Below are positions 24,301-38,200 of a stretch of DNA of 64,000 bases, piece by piece. The first letter of the stretch is position 1. Every line of letters begins with the position of its first letter. The position numbers were made by a program, and so were the translations under genes. The stretch is from Antedon mediterranea (Eukaryota > Animalia > Echinodermata): the NCBI RefSeq assembly GCF_964355755.1, contig NC_092679.1, positions 9,516,201 through 9,580,200 on the forward strand, read 5' to 3'. The notes below the pieces were generated by a model that was not told the origin of the DNA, made no database searches, and was given only the letters and a program-made list of their open reading frames with translations.

Positions 24301-27300
24301 TGTGTTTTTGTGTAACCAAGTTTTTTCGAAAATCACAAAAGGGTCTAAAATGTCTCTAAATGCGATTTGAAGCTACTCTAAGCACTTTGGTGTTTTTATG
24401 TTAACAAGTTTTTTCGAAAATCAATAAATGGTCTAAAATGTCTCCAAATGCGATTTGAAGCTATTCTGTACTCTTTGCTGTTTTGTGTGAAAAATGTTTG
24501 TCGAAATCCTCAAAATGGTCAAAAACGTTTTTAAATACGATATTAAGCTATTTTGTGCTCTTTGATGTTTTCGTGTGAAAAGTTTTATCGAAATACTCAA
24601 AATGGTCTAAAACGGTTTCTAATGTGATTTTAAGCACTTTGATGTTTTTGTGTAACCAAGTTTTTTCGAAAATCACAAAATGGTCTAAAACGTCTCCAAA
24701 TGCGATTTGAAGCTATTCTGTACACTTTGGTGTTTTTATGTTAACAAGTTTTTTCGAAAATCACAAAATGGTCTAAAACGTCTCCAAATGCGATTTAAAG
24801 CTATTTTAAGCACTTTTGTGTTTTTGTGTAACCAAGTTTTTTCGAAAATCACAAAAGGGTCTAAAATGTCTGTAAATGCGATTTGAAGCTATTTAAAGCA
24901 CTTTGGTTTTTTTAGGTTAACAAGTTTTTTCGAAAATCACAAAATGGTCTAAAACGTCTACAAATGCGATTTGAAGCTATTCTGTACACTTTGGTGTTTT
25001 TATGTTAACAAGTTTTTTCGAAAATCACAAAATGGTCTAAAACGTCTCCAAATGCGATTTAAAGCTATTTTAAGCACTTTTGTGTTTTTGTGTAACCAAG
25101 TTTTTTCGAAAATCACAAAAGGGTCTAAAATGTCTGTAAATGCGATTTGAAGCTATTTAAAGCACTTTGGTTTTTTTAGGTTAACAAGTTTTTTCGAAAA
25201 TCACAAAATTGTCTAAAACGTCTCCAAATGCGATTTGAAGCTATTCTGTACACTTTGATGTTTTTATGTTAACAAGTTTTTTCGAAAATCACAAAATGGT
25301 ATAAAACGTCTCCAAATGCGATTTGAAGCTATTCTAAGCACTTTGGTGTTTTTATGTTAACAAGTTTTTTCGAAAATCACAAAATGGTCTAAAACGTTTC
25401 CAAATGCGATTTGAAGCTATTCTGTACACTTTGATGTTTTGTGTGAAAATTTTCTTTCGAAATGCTCAAAATGGTCAAAAACGTTTTTAAATACGATATT
25501 AAGCTACTTTGTGCTCTTTGATGTTTTTGTGTGAAATGTTTTATCAAAATGCTCAAAATGGTCTAAAACGGTTTCTAATGTGATTTCAAGCACTTTGATG
25601 TTTTTGTGTAACCAAGTTTTTCGAAAATCACAAAATTGTCTAAAACGTCTCCAAATGCGATTTGAAGCTATTCTGTACACTTTGATGTTTTTATGTTAAC
25701 AAGTTTTTCGAAAATCACAAAATGGTCTAAAACGTCTCCAAATGCGATTTTAAGCTATTCTAAGCACTTTGGTGTTTTTATGTTAACAAGTTTTTTCGAA
25801 AATCACAAAATGGTCTAAAAAGTCTCCAAATGCGATTTAAAGCTATTTTAAGCACTTTTGTGTTTTTGTGTAACCAAGTTTTTTCGAAAATCACAAAAGG
25901 GTCTAAAATGTCTGTAAATGCGATTTGAAGCTATTTAAAGCACTTTGGTGTTTTTAGGTTAACAAGTTTTTTCGAAAATCACAAAATGGTCTAAAACGTC
26001 TACAAATGCGATTTGAAGCTATTCTAAGCACTTTTGTGTTTTTATGTTAACAAGTTTTTTCGAAAATCACAAAATGGTCTAAAACGTCTCCAAATGCGAT
26101 TTGAAGCTATTTTAAGCACTTTGGTGTTTTTGTGTTAACAAGTTTTTCGAAATGCTCAAAATGGTCTAAAACGTCTCCAAATGCGATTTGAAGCTATTCT
26201 AAGCACTTTGGTGTTTTTATGTTAACAAGTTTTTTCGAAAATCACAAAATGGTCTAAAACGTTTCCAAATGCGATTTGAAGCTATTCTGTACACTTTGAT
26301 GTTTTGTGTGAAAATTTTCTGTCGAAATGCTCAAAATGGTCAAAAACGTTTTTAAATACGATATTAAGCTACTTTGTGCTCTTTGATGGTTTTGTGTGAA
26401 ATGTTTTATCGAAATGCTCAAAATGGTCTAAAACGGTTTCTAATGTGATTTCAAGCACTTTGATGTTTTTGTGTAACCAAGTTTTTCGAAAATCACAAAA
26501 TTGTCTAAAACGTCTCCAAATGCGATTTGAAGCTATTCTGTACACTTTGATGTTTTTATGTTAACAAGTTTTTCGAAAATCACAAAATGGTCTAAAACGT
26601 CTCCAAATGCGATTTTAAGCTATTCTAAGCACTTTGGTGTTTTTATGTTAACAAGTTTTTTTGAAAATCACAAAATGGTCTAAAACGTCTCTAAATGCGA
26701 TTTGAAGCTTTTCTGTACACTTTGATGTTTTTATGTTAACAACTTTTTTCGAAAATCACAAAATGGTCTAAAATGTCTCCAAATGCGATTTGAAGCTATT
26801 CTAAGCACTTTGGTGTTTTTATGGAAACAATTTTTTTCGAAAATCACAAAATGGTCTAAAACGTCTCCAATAGCGATTTGAAGCTTTTCTGTACACTTTG
26901 ATGTTTTTATGTTAACAAGTTTTTTCGAAAATCACAAAATGGTCTAAAACGTCTACAAATGCGATTTGAAGCTATTCTGTACACTTTGATGTTTTTATGT
27001 TAACAAGTTTTTTCGAAAATCACAAAATGGTCTAAAACGTTTCCAAATGCGATTTGAAGCTATTCTGTACACTTTGATGTTTTGTGTGAAAATTTTCTTT
27101 CGAAATGCTCAAAATGGTCAAAAACGTTTTTAAATACGATATTAAGCTACTTTGTGCTCTTTGATGTTTTTGTGTGAAATGTTTTATCGAAATGCTCAAA
27201 ATGGTCTAAAACGGTTTCTAATGTGATTTCAAGCACTTTGATGTTTTTGTGTAACCAAGTTTTTCGAAAATCACAAAATTGTCTAAAACGTCTCCAAATG

Positions 27301-30300
27301 CGATTTGAAGCTATTCTGTACACTTTGATGTTTTTATGTTAACAAGTTTTTCGAAAATCACAAAATGGTCTAAAACGTCTCCAAATGCGATTTTAAGCTA
27401 TTCTAAGCACTTTGGTGTTTTTATGTTAACAAGTTTTTTTGAAAATCACAAAATGGTCTAAAACGTCTCTAAATGCGATTTGAAGCTTTTCTGTACACTT
27501 TGATGTTTTTATGTTAACAACTTTTTTCGAAAATCACAAAATGGTCTAAAATGTCTCCAAATGCGATTTGAAGCTATTCTAAGCACTTTGGTGTTTTTAT
27601 GGAAACAATTTTTTTCGAAAATCACAAAATGGTCTAAAACGTCTCCAAATGCGATTTGAAGCTATTCTGTACACTTTGATGTTTTTATGTTAACAAGTTT
27701 TTTCGAAAATCACAAAATGGTCTAAAACGTCTACAAATGCGATTTGAAGCTATTCTGTACACTTTGATGCTTTTATGTTAACAAGTTTTTTCGAAAATCA
27801 CAAAATGGTCTAAAACGTTTCCAAATGCGATTTGAAGCTATTCTATACACTTTGATGTTTTGTGTGAAAATTTTCTGTCGAAATGCTCAAAATGGTCAAA
27901 AACGTTTTTAAATACGATATTAAGCTACTTTGTGCTCTTTGATGTTTTTGTGTGAAATGTTTTATCGAAATGCTCAAAATGGTCTAGAACGGTTTCTAAT
28001 GTGATTTCAAGCACTTTGATGTTTTTGTGTAACCAAGTTTTTCGAAAATCACAAAATTGTCTAAAACGTCTCCAAATGCGATTTGAAGCTATTCTGTACA
28101 CTTTGATGTTTTTATGTTAACAAGTTTTTCGAAAATCACAAAATGGTCTAAAATGACTCCAAATGCGATTTGAAGCTATTCTAAGCACTTTGATGTTTTT
28201 ATGTTAACAAGTTTTTTCGAAAATCACAAAATGGTCTAAAACGTCTCCAATAGCGATTTTAAGCTATTCTGTACACTTTGATGTTTTTATGTTAACAAGT
28301 TTTTCGAAAATCACAAAATGGTCTAAAACGTCTCCAAATGCGATTTTAAGCTATTCTAAGCACTTTGGTGTTTTTATGTTAACAAGTTTTTTTGAAAATC
28401 ACAAAATGGTCTAAAACGTCTCTAAATGCGATTTGAAGCTTTTCTGTACACTTTGATGTTTTTATGTTAACAACTTTTTTCGAAAATCAAAAAATTGTCT
28501 AAAATGTCTCCAAATGCGATTTGAAGCTATTCTAAGCACTTTGGTGTTTTTATGGAAACAATTTTTTTCGAAAATCACAAAATGGTCTAAAACATCTCCA
28601 ATAGCGATTTGAAGCTTTTCTTTACACTTTGGTGTTTTTATGTTAACAAGTTTTTTCGAAAATCACAAAATGGTCTAAAACGTCTCCAAATGCGATTTGA
28701 AGCTATTCTGTACACTTTGATGTTTTTATGTTAACAAGTTTTTTTGAAAATCACAAAATGGTCTAAAACGTCTCTAAATGCGATTTGAAGCTTTTCTGTA
28801 CACTTTGATTTTTTTATGTTAACAACTTTTTTCGAAAATCACAAAATGGTCTAAAATGTCTCCAAATGCGATTTGAAGCTATTCTAAGCACTTTGGTGTT
28901 TTTATGGAAACATTTTTTTTCGAAAATCACAAAATGGTCTAAAACGTCTCCAATAGCGATTTGAAGCTTTTCTGTACACTTTGGTGTTTTTATGTTAACA
29001 AGTTTTTTCGAAAATCACAAAATGGTCTAAAACGTCTCCAAATGCGATTTGAAGCTATTCTGTACACTTTGATGTTTTTATGTTAACAAGTTTTTTCGAA
29101 AATCACAAAATGGTCTAAAACGTCTACAAATGCGATTTGAAGCTATTCTGTACACTTTGATGTTTTTATGTTAACAAGTTTTTTCGAAAATCACAAAATG
29201 GTCTAAAACGTTTCCAAATGCGATTTGAAGCTATTCTGTACACTTTGATGTTTTGTGTGAAAATTTTCTTTCGAAATGCTCAAAATGGTCAAAAACGTTT
29301 TTAAATACGATATTAAGCTACTTTGTGCTCTTTGATGTTTTTGTGTGAAATGTTTTATCGAAATGCTCAAAATGGTCTAAAACGGTTTCTAATGTGATTT
29401 CAAGCACTTTGATGTTTTTGTGTAACCAAGTTTTTCGAAAATCACAAAATTGTCTAAAACGTCTCCAAATGCGATTTGAAGCTATTCTGTACACTTTGAT
29501 GTTTTTATGTTAACAAGTTTTTCGAAAATCACAAAATGGTCTAAAACGTCTCCAAATGCGATTTTAAGCTATTCTAAGCACTTTGGTGTTTTTATGTTAA
29601 CAAGTTTTTTTGAAAATCACAAAATGGTCTAAAACGTCTCTAAATGCGACTTGAAGCTTTTCTGTACACTTTGATGTTTTTATGTTAACAACTTTTTTCG
29701 AAAATCACAAAATGGTCTAAAATGTCTCCAAATGCGATTTGAAGCTATTCTAAGCACTTTGGTGTTTTTATGGAAACAATTTTTTTCGAAAATCACAAAA
29801 TGGTCTAAAACGTCTCCAATAGCGATTTGAAGCTTTTCTGTACACTTTGGTGTTTTTATGTTAACAAGTTTTTTCGAAAATCACAAAATGGTCTAAAACG
29901 TCTCCAAATGCGATTTGAAGCTATTCTGTACACTTTGATGTTTTTATGTTAACAAGTTTTTTCGAAAATCACAAAATGGTCTAAAACGTCTACAAATGCG
30001 ATTTGAAGCTATTCTGTACACTTTGATGCTTTTATGTTAACAAGTTTTTTCGAAAATCACAAAATGGTCTAAAACGTTTCCAAATGCGATTTGAAGCTAT
30101 TCTATACACTTTGATGTTTTGTGTGAAAATTTTCTGTCGAAATGCTCAAAATGGTCAAAAACGTTTTTAAATACGATATTAAGCTACTTTGTGCTCTTTG
30201 ATGTTTTTGTGTGAAATGTTTTATCGAAATGCTCAAAATGGTCTAGAACGGTTTCTAATGTGATTTCAAGCACTTTGATGTTTTTGTGTAACCAAGTTTT

Positions 30301-32220
30301 TCGAAAATCACAAAATTGTCTAAAACGTCTCCAAATGCGATTTGAAGCTATTCTGTACACTTTGATGTTTTTATGTTAACAAGTTTTTCGAAAATCACAA
30401 AATGGTCTAAAATGACTCCAAATGCGATTTGAAGCTATTCTAAGCACTTTGATGTTTTTATGTTAACAAGTTTTTTCGAAAATCACAAAATGGTCTAAAA
30501 CGTCTCCAATAGCGATTTTAAGCTATTCTGTACACTTTGATGTTTTTATGTTAACAAGTTTTTCGAAAATCACAAAATGGTCTAAAACGTCTCCAAATGC
30601 GATTTTAAGCTATTCTAAGCACTTTGGTGTTTTTATGTTAAGAAGTTTTTTTGAAAATCACAAAATGGTCTAAAACGTCTCTAAATGCGATTTGAAGCTT
30701 TTCTGTACACTTTGATGTTTTTATGTTAACAACTTTTTTCGAAAATCAAAAAATTGTCTAAAATGTCTCCAAATGCGATTTGAAGCTATTCTAAGCACTT
30801 TGGTGTTTTTATGGAAACAATTTTTTTCGAAAATCACAAAATGGTCTAAAACATCTCCAAATGCGATTTGAAGCAATTCTGTACACTTTGATAAAGTTTT
30901 TCGAAAATCACAAAATGGTCTAAAACGTCTCTAAATGCGATTTGAAGCTTTTCTGTACACTTTGATGTTTTTATGTTAACAACTTTTTTCGAAAATCACA
31001 AAATGGTCTAAAATGTCTCCAAATGCGATTTGAAGCTATTCTAAGCACTTTGATGTTTTTATGTTAACAAGTTTTTTCGAAAATCACAAAATGGTCTAAA
31101 ACGTCTCCAATAGCGATTTTAAGCTATTCTGTACACTTTGGTGTTTTTATGTTAACAAGTTTTTTCGAAAATCACAAAATGGTCTAAAACGTCTCCAAAT
31201 GCGATTTGAAGCTATTCTGTACACTTTGATGTTTTTATGTTAACAAGTTTTTTCGAAAATCACAAAATGGTCTAAAACGTCTACAAATGCAATTTGTAGC
31301 TATTCTAAGCACTTTGATGTTTTTATGTTAACAAGTTTTTTCGAAAATCACAAAATGGTCTAAAACGTCTCCAATAGCGATTTTAAGCTATTCTGTACTC
31401 TTTGGTGTTTTTATGTTAACAAGTTTTTTTGAAAATCACAAAATGATCTAAAACGTCTCCAAATGCGATTTGAAGCTATTCTGTACACTTTGATGTTTTT
31501 ATGTTAACAAGTTTTTTCGAAAATCACAAAATGGTCTAAAACGTCTACAAATGCAATTTGTAGCTATTCTAAGCACTTTTGTGTTTTTATGTTAACAAGT
31601 TTTTTCGAAAATCACAAAATGGTCTAAAACGTCTGCAAATGCGATTTGAAACTATTCTTAGCCCATTGGTGTTTTTATTTAAACAAATTTTTTTGAAACT
31701 CACAAAATGGTCTAAAACGTCTCCAAATGCGATTTGAAGCTATTTTAAGCACTTTGGTGTTTTTGTGTTAACAAGTTTTTCGAAATGCTCAAAATGGTCT
31801 AGGCCTAAAACGTTTTTAAACACGATATTAAGCTATTTTGTGCTCTTTGATGTTTTTTTGTGAAAAGTTTTAGCAAAATGCTCAAAATGGTCTAAAACGA
31901 TTTCTAATGTGATTTTAAGCACTTTGATGTTTTTATGTTAACTAGTTTTTTCGAAAATCACAAAATGGTCTAAAACGTCTCCAAATGCGATTTGAAGCTA
32001 TTTTAAGCACTTAGGTGCTTTTGTGTAACCAAGTTTTTTAGAAAATCACAAAATGGTCTAAAACATCTCCAAATGCGATTTAAAGCTATTTTAAGCACTT
32101 TGGTGTTTTTATGTTAACAAGTTTTTTCGAAAATCACAAAATGGTCTAAAACGTCTCCAAATGCGATTTGAAGCTATTTTAAGCACTTTGGTGTTTTTGT
32201 GTTAACAAGTTTTTCGAAAT
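21400..32220 (+). repeat. ~10.7-kb satellite-only higher-order block, copy 1 (boundaries approximate)
   Basis: Diagnostic variants AAATGCTTTATCG (21551), ATGTATGTAA (23131), CTTTGATGGT (26381) and GCGACTTG (29646). Confidence 0.88.
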
Positions 32221-35200
32221 GCTCAAAATGCTCTAAAACGTTTCCAAATGCGATTTGAAGCTATTCTGTACACTTTGATGTTTTGTGTGAAAATTTTCTG
32301 TCGAAATGCTCAAAATGGTCAAAAACGTTTTTAAATACGATATTAAGCTACTTTGTGCTCTTTGATGTTTTTGTGTGAAATGCTTTATCGAAATGCTCAA
32401 AATGGTCTAAAACGGTTTCTAATGTGATTTCAAGCACTTTGATGTTTTTGTGTAACCAAGTTTTTCGAAAATCACAAAATTGTCTAAAACGTCTCCAAAT
32501 GCGATTTGAAGCTATTCTGTACACTTTGGTGTTTTTATGTTAACAAGTTTTTTCGAAAATCACAAAATGGTCTAAAACGTCTCCAAATGCGATTTAAAGC
32601 TATTTTAAGCACTTTTGTGTTTTTGTGTAACCAAGTTTTTTCGAAAATCACAAAAGGGTCTAAAATGTCTGTAAATGCGATTTGAAGCTATTTAAAGCAC
32701 TTTGGTGTTTTTAGGTTAACAAGTTTTTTCGAAAATCACAAAATGGACTAAAACGTCTACAAATGCGTTTTGAAGCTATTCTAAGCACTTTTGTGTTTTT
32801 ATGTTAACAAGTTTTTTCGAAAATCACAAAATGGTCTAAAACGTCTCCAAATGCGATTTGAAGCTATTTTAAGCACTTTGGTGTTTTTGTGTTAACAAGT
32901 TTTTCGAAAATCACAAAATGGTCTAAAACGTTTCCAAATGCGATTTGAAGCTATTCTGTACACTTTGATGTTTTGTGTGAAAATTTTCTGTCGAAATGCT
33001 CAAAATGGTCAAAAACGTTTTTAAATACGATATTAAGCTACTTTGTGCTCTTTGATGTTTTTGTGTGAAATGTTTTATCGAAATGCTCAAAATGGTCTAA
33101 AACGGTTTCTAATGTGATTTCAAGCACTTTGATGTTTTTGTGTAACCAAGTTTTTCGAAAATCACAAAATTGTCTAAAACGTCTCCAAATGCGATTTGAA
33201 GCTATTCTGTACACTTTGATGTTTTTATGTTAACAAGTTTTTTTGAAAATCACAAAATGGTCTAAAACGTCTCTAAATGCGATTTGAAGCTTTTCTGTAC
33301 ACTTTGATGTTTTTATGTTAACAACTTTTTTCGAAAATCACAAAATGGTCTAAAATGTCTCCAAATGCGATTTGAAGCTATTCTAAGCACTTTGGTGTTT
33401 TTATGGAAACATTTTTTTTCGAAATTCACAAAATGGTCTAAAACGTCTCCAAATGCGATTTGAAGCTATTCTGTACACTTTGATGTTTTTATGTTAACAA
33501 GTTTTTTCGAAAATCACAAAATGGTCTAAAACGTTTCCAAATGCGATTTGAAGCTATTCTGTACACTTTGATGTTTTGTGTAAAAATTTTCTGTCGAAAT
33601 GCTCAAAATGGTCAAAAACGTTTTTAAATACGATATTAAGCTACTTTGTGCTCTTTGATGTTTTTGTGTGAAATGTTTTATCGAAATGCTCAAAATGGTC
33701 TAAAACGGTTTCTAATGTGATTTCAAGCACTTTGATGTTTTTGTGTAACCAAGTTTTTCGAAAATCACAAAATTGTCTAAAACGTCTCCAAATGCGATTT
33801 GAAGCTATTCTGTACACTTTGGTGTTTTTATGTTAACAAGTTTTTTCGAAAATCACAAAATGGTCTAAAACGTCTCCAAATGCGATTTAAAGCTATTTTA
33901 AGCACTTTTGTGTTTTTGTGTAACCAAGTTTTTTCGAAAATCACAAAAGGGTCTAAAATGTATGTAAATGCGATTTGAAGCTATTTAAAGCACTTTGGTG
34001 TTTTTAGGTTAACAAGTTTTTTCGAAAATCACAAAATGGTCTAAAACGTCTACAAATGCGATTTGAAGCTATTCTAAGCACTTTTGTGTTTTTATGTTAA
34101 CAAGTTTTTTCGCAAATCACAAAATGGTCTAAAACGTCTCTAAATGCGATTTGAAGCTTTTCTGTACACTTTGATGTTTTTATGTTAACAACTTTTTTCG
34201 AAAATCACAAAATGGTCTAAAATGTCTCGAAATGCGATTTGAAGCTATTCTAAGCACTTTGGTGTTTTTATGGAAACAATTTTTTTCGAAAATCACAAAA
34301 TGGTCTAAAACGTCTCCAATAGCGATTTGAAGCTTTTCTGTACACTTTGGTGTTTTTATGTTAACAAGTTTTTTCGAAAATCACAAAATGGTCTAAAACG
34401 TCTCCAAATGCGATTTGAAGCTATTCTGTACACTTTGATGTTTTTATGTTAACAAGTTTTTTCGAAAATCACAAAATGGTCTAAAACGTCTACAAATGCG
34501 ATTTGAAGCTATTCTAAGCACTTTTGTGTTTTTATGTTAACAAGTTTTTTCGAAAATAACAAAATGGTCTAAAATGTCTGCAAATGCGATTTGAAGCTAT
34601 TCTTAGCACATTGGTGTTTTTATTTAAACAAATTTTTTCGAAACTCACAAAATGGTCTAAAACGTCTCCAAATGCGATTTGAAGCTATTTTAAGCACTTT
34701 GGTGTTTTTGTGTTAACAAGTTTTTCGAAAAGTTCAAAATGGTCTAAAACGTTTTTAAACACGATATTAAGCTATTTTGTGCTCTTTGATGTTTTTTTGT
34801 GAAAAGTTTTAGTGAAATGCTCAAAATGGTCTAAAACGATTTCTAATGTGATTTTAAGCACTTTGATGTTTTTATGTTAACTAGTTTTTTCGAAAATCAC
34901 AAAATGGTCTAAAACGTCTCCAAATGTGATTTGAAGCTATTCTAAGCACTTTGGTGTTTTTATGTTAACAGTTTTTTCGAAAATCACAAAATGGTCTAAA
35001 ACGTTTCCAAATGCGATTTGAAGCTATTCTGTACACTTTGATGTTTTTATGGTAACAAGTCTTTTAGAAAATCACAAAATGGTCTAAAACATCTCCAAAT
35101 GCGATTTAAAGCTATTTTAAGCACTTTTGTGTTTTTGTGTAACCAAGTTTTTTCGAAAATCACAAAAGGGTCTAAAATGTCTCTAAATGCGATTTGAAGC

Positions 35201-38200
35201 TACTCTAAGCACTTTGGTGTTTTTATGTTAACAAGTTTTTTCGAAAATCAATAAATGGTCTAAAATGTCTCCAAATGCGATTTGAAGCTATTCTGTACTC
35301 TTTGCTGTTTTGTGTGAAAAATGTTTGTCGAAATCCTCAAAATGGTCAAAAACGTTTTTAAATACGATATTAAGCTATTTTGTGCTCTTTGATGTTTTCG
35401 TGTGAAAAGTTTTATCGAAATACTCAAAATGGTCTAAAACGGTTTCTAATGTGATTTTAAGCACTTTGATGTTTTTGTGTAACCAAGTTTTTTCGAAAAT
35501 CACAAAATGGTCTAAAACGTCTCCAAATGCGATTTGAAGCTATTCTGTACACTTTGGTGTTTTTATGTTAACAAGTTTTTTCGAAAATCACAAAATGGTC
35601 TAAAACGTCTCCAAATGCGATTTAAAGCTATTTTAAGCACTTTTGTGTTTTTGTGTAACCAAGTTTTTTCGAAAATCACAAAAGGGTCTAAAATGTCTGT
35701 AAATGCGATTTGAAGCTATTTAAAGCACTTTGGTGTTTTTAGGTTAACAAGTTTTTTCGAAAATCACAAAATGGTCTAAAACGTCTACAAATGCGATTTG
35801 AAGCTATCTGTACACTTTGATGTTTTGTGTGAAAATTTTCTGTCGAAATGCTCAAAATGGTCAAAAACGTTTTTAAATACGATATTAAGCTATTCTAAGC
35901 ACTTTGGTGTTTTTATGTTAACAAGTTTTTTCGAAAATCACAAAATGGTATAAAACGTCTCCAAATGCGATTTGAAGCTATTCTAAGCACTTTGGTGTTT
36001 TTATGTTAACAAGTTTTTTCGAAAATCACAAAATGGTCTAAAACGTTTCCAAATGCGATTTGAAGCTATTCTGTACACTTTGATGTTTTGTGTGAAAATT
36101 TTCTTTCGAAATGCTCAAAATGGTCAAAAACGTTTTTAAATACGATATTAAGCTACTTTGTGCTCTTTGATGTTTTTGTGTGAAATGTTTTATCAAAATG
36201 CTCAAAATGGTCTAAAACGGTTTCTAATGTGATTTCAAGCACTTTGATGTTTTTGTGTAACCAAGTTTTTCGAAAATCACAAAATTGTCTAAAACGTCTC
36301 CAAATGCGATTTGAAGCTATTCTGTACACTTTGATGTTTTTATGTTAACAAGTTTTTCGAAAATCACAAAATGGTCTAAAACGTCTCCAAATGCGATTTT
36401 AAGCTATTCTAAGCACTTTGGTGTTTTTATGTTAACAAGTTTTTTCGAAAATCACAAAATGGTCTAAAAAGTCTCCAAATGCGATTTAAAGCTATTTTAA
36501 GCACTTTTGTGTTTTTGTGTAACCAAGTTTTTTCGAAAATCACAAAAGGGTCTAAAATGTCTGTAAATGCGATTTGAAGCTATTTAAAGCACTTTGGTGT
36601 TTTTAGGTTAACAAGTTTTTTCGAAAATCACAAAATGGTCTAAAACGTCTACAAATGCGATTTGAAGCTATTCTAAGCACTTTTGTGTTTTTATGTTAAC
36701 AAGTTTTTTCGAAAATCACAAAATGGTCTAAAACGTCTCCAAATGCGATTTGAAGCTATTTTAAGCACTTTGGTGTTTTTGTGTTAACAAGTTTTTCGAA
36801 ATGCTCAAAATGGTCTAAAACGTCTCCAAATGCGATTTGAAGCTATTCTAAGCACTTTGGTGTTTTTATGTTAACAAGTTTTTTCGAAAATCACAAAATG
36901 GTCTAAAACGTTTCCAAATGCGATTTGAAGCTATTCTGTACACTTTGATGTTTTGTGTGAAAATTTTCTGTCGAAATGCTCAAAATGGTCAAAAACGTTT
37001 TTAAATACGATATTAAGCTACTTTGTGCTCTTTGATGGTTTTGTGTGAAATGTTTTATCGAAATGCTCAAAATGGTCTAAAACGGTTTCTAATGTGATTT
37101 CAAGCACTTTGATGTTTTTGTGTAACCAAGTTTTTCGAAAATCACAAAATTGTCTAAAACGTCTCCAAATGCGATTTGAAGCTATTCTGTACACTTTGAT
37201 GTTTTTATGTTAACAAGTTTTTCGAAAATCACAAAATGGTCTAAAACGTCTCCAAATGCGATTTTAAGCTATTCTAAGCACTTTGGTGTTTTTATGTTAA
37301 CAAGTTTTTTTGAAAATCACAAAATGGTCTAAAACGTCTCTAAATGCGATTTGAAGCTTTTCTGTACTTTTTGATGTTTTTATGTTAACAACTTTTTTCG
37401 AAAATCACAAAATGGTCTAAAATGTCTCCAAATGCGATTTGAAGCTATTCTAAGCACTTTGGTGTTTTTATGGAAACAATTTTTTTCGAAAATCACAAAA
37501 TGGTCTAAAACGTCTCCAATAGCGATTTGAAGCTTTTCTGTACACTTTGATGTTTTTATGTTAACAAGTTTTTTCGAAAATCACAAAATGGTCTAAAACG
37601 TCTACAAATGCGATTTGAAGCTATTCTGTACACTTTGATGTTTTTATGTTAACAAGTTTTTTCGAAAATCACAAAATGGTCTAAAACGTTTCCAAATGCG
37701 ATTTGAAGCTATTCTGTACACTTTGATGTTTTGTGTGAAAATTTTCTTTCGAAATGCTCAAAATGGTCAAAAACGTTTTTAAATACGATATTAAGCTACT
37801 TTGTGCTCTTTGATGTTTTTGTGTGAAATGTTTTATCGAAATGCTCAAAATGGTCTAAAACGGTTTCTAATGTGATTTCAAGCACTTTGATGTTTTTGTG
37901 TAACCAAGTTTTTCGAAAATCACAAAATTGTCTAAAACGTCTCCAAATGCGATTTGAAGCTATTCTGTACACTTTGATGTTTTTATGTTAACAAGTTTTT
38001 CGAAAATCACAAAATGGTCTAAAACGTCTCCAAATGCGATTTTAAGCTATTCTAAGCACTTTGGTGTTTTTATGTTAACAAGTTTTTTTGAAAATCACAA
38101 AATGGTCTAAAACGTCTCTAAATGCGATTTGAAGCTTTTCTGTACACTTTGATGTTTTTATGTTAACAACTTTTTTCGAAAATCACAAAATGGTCTAAAA

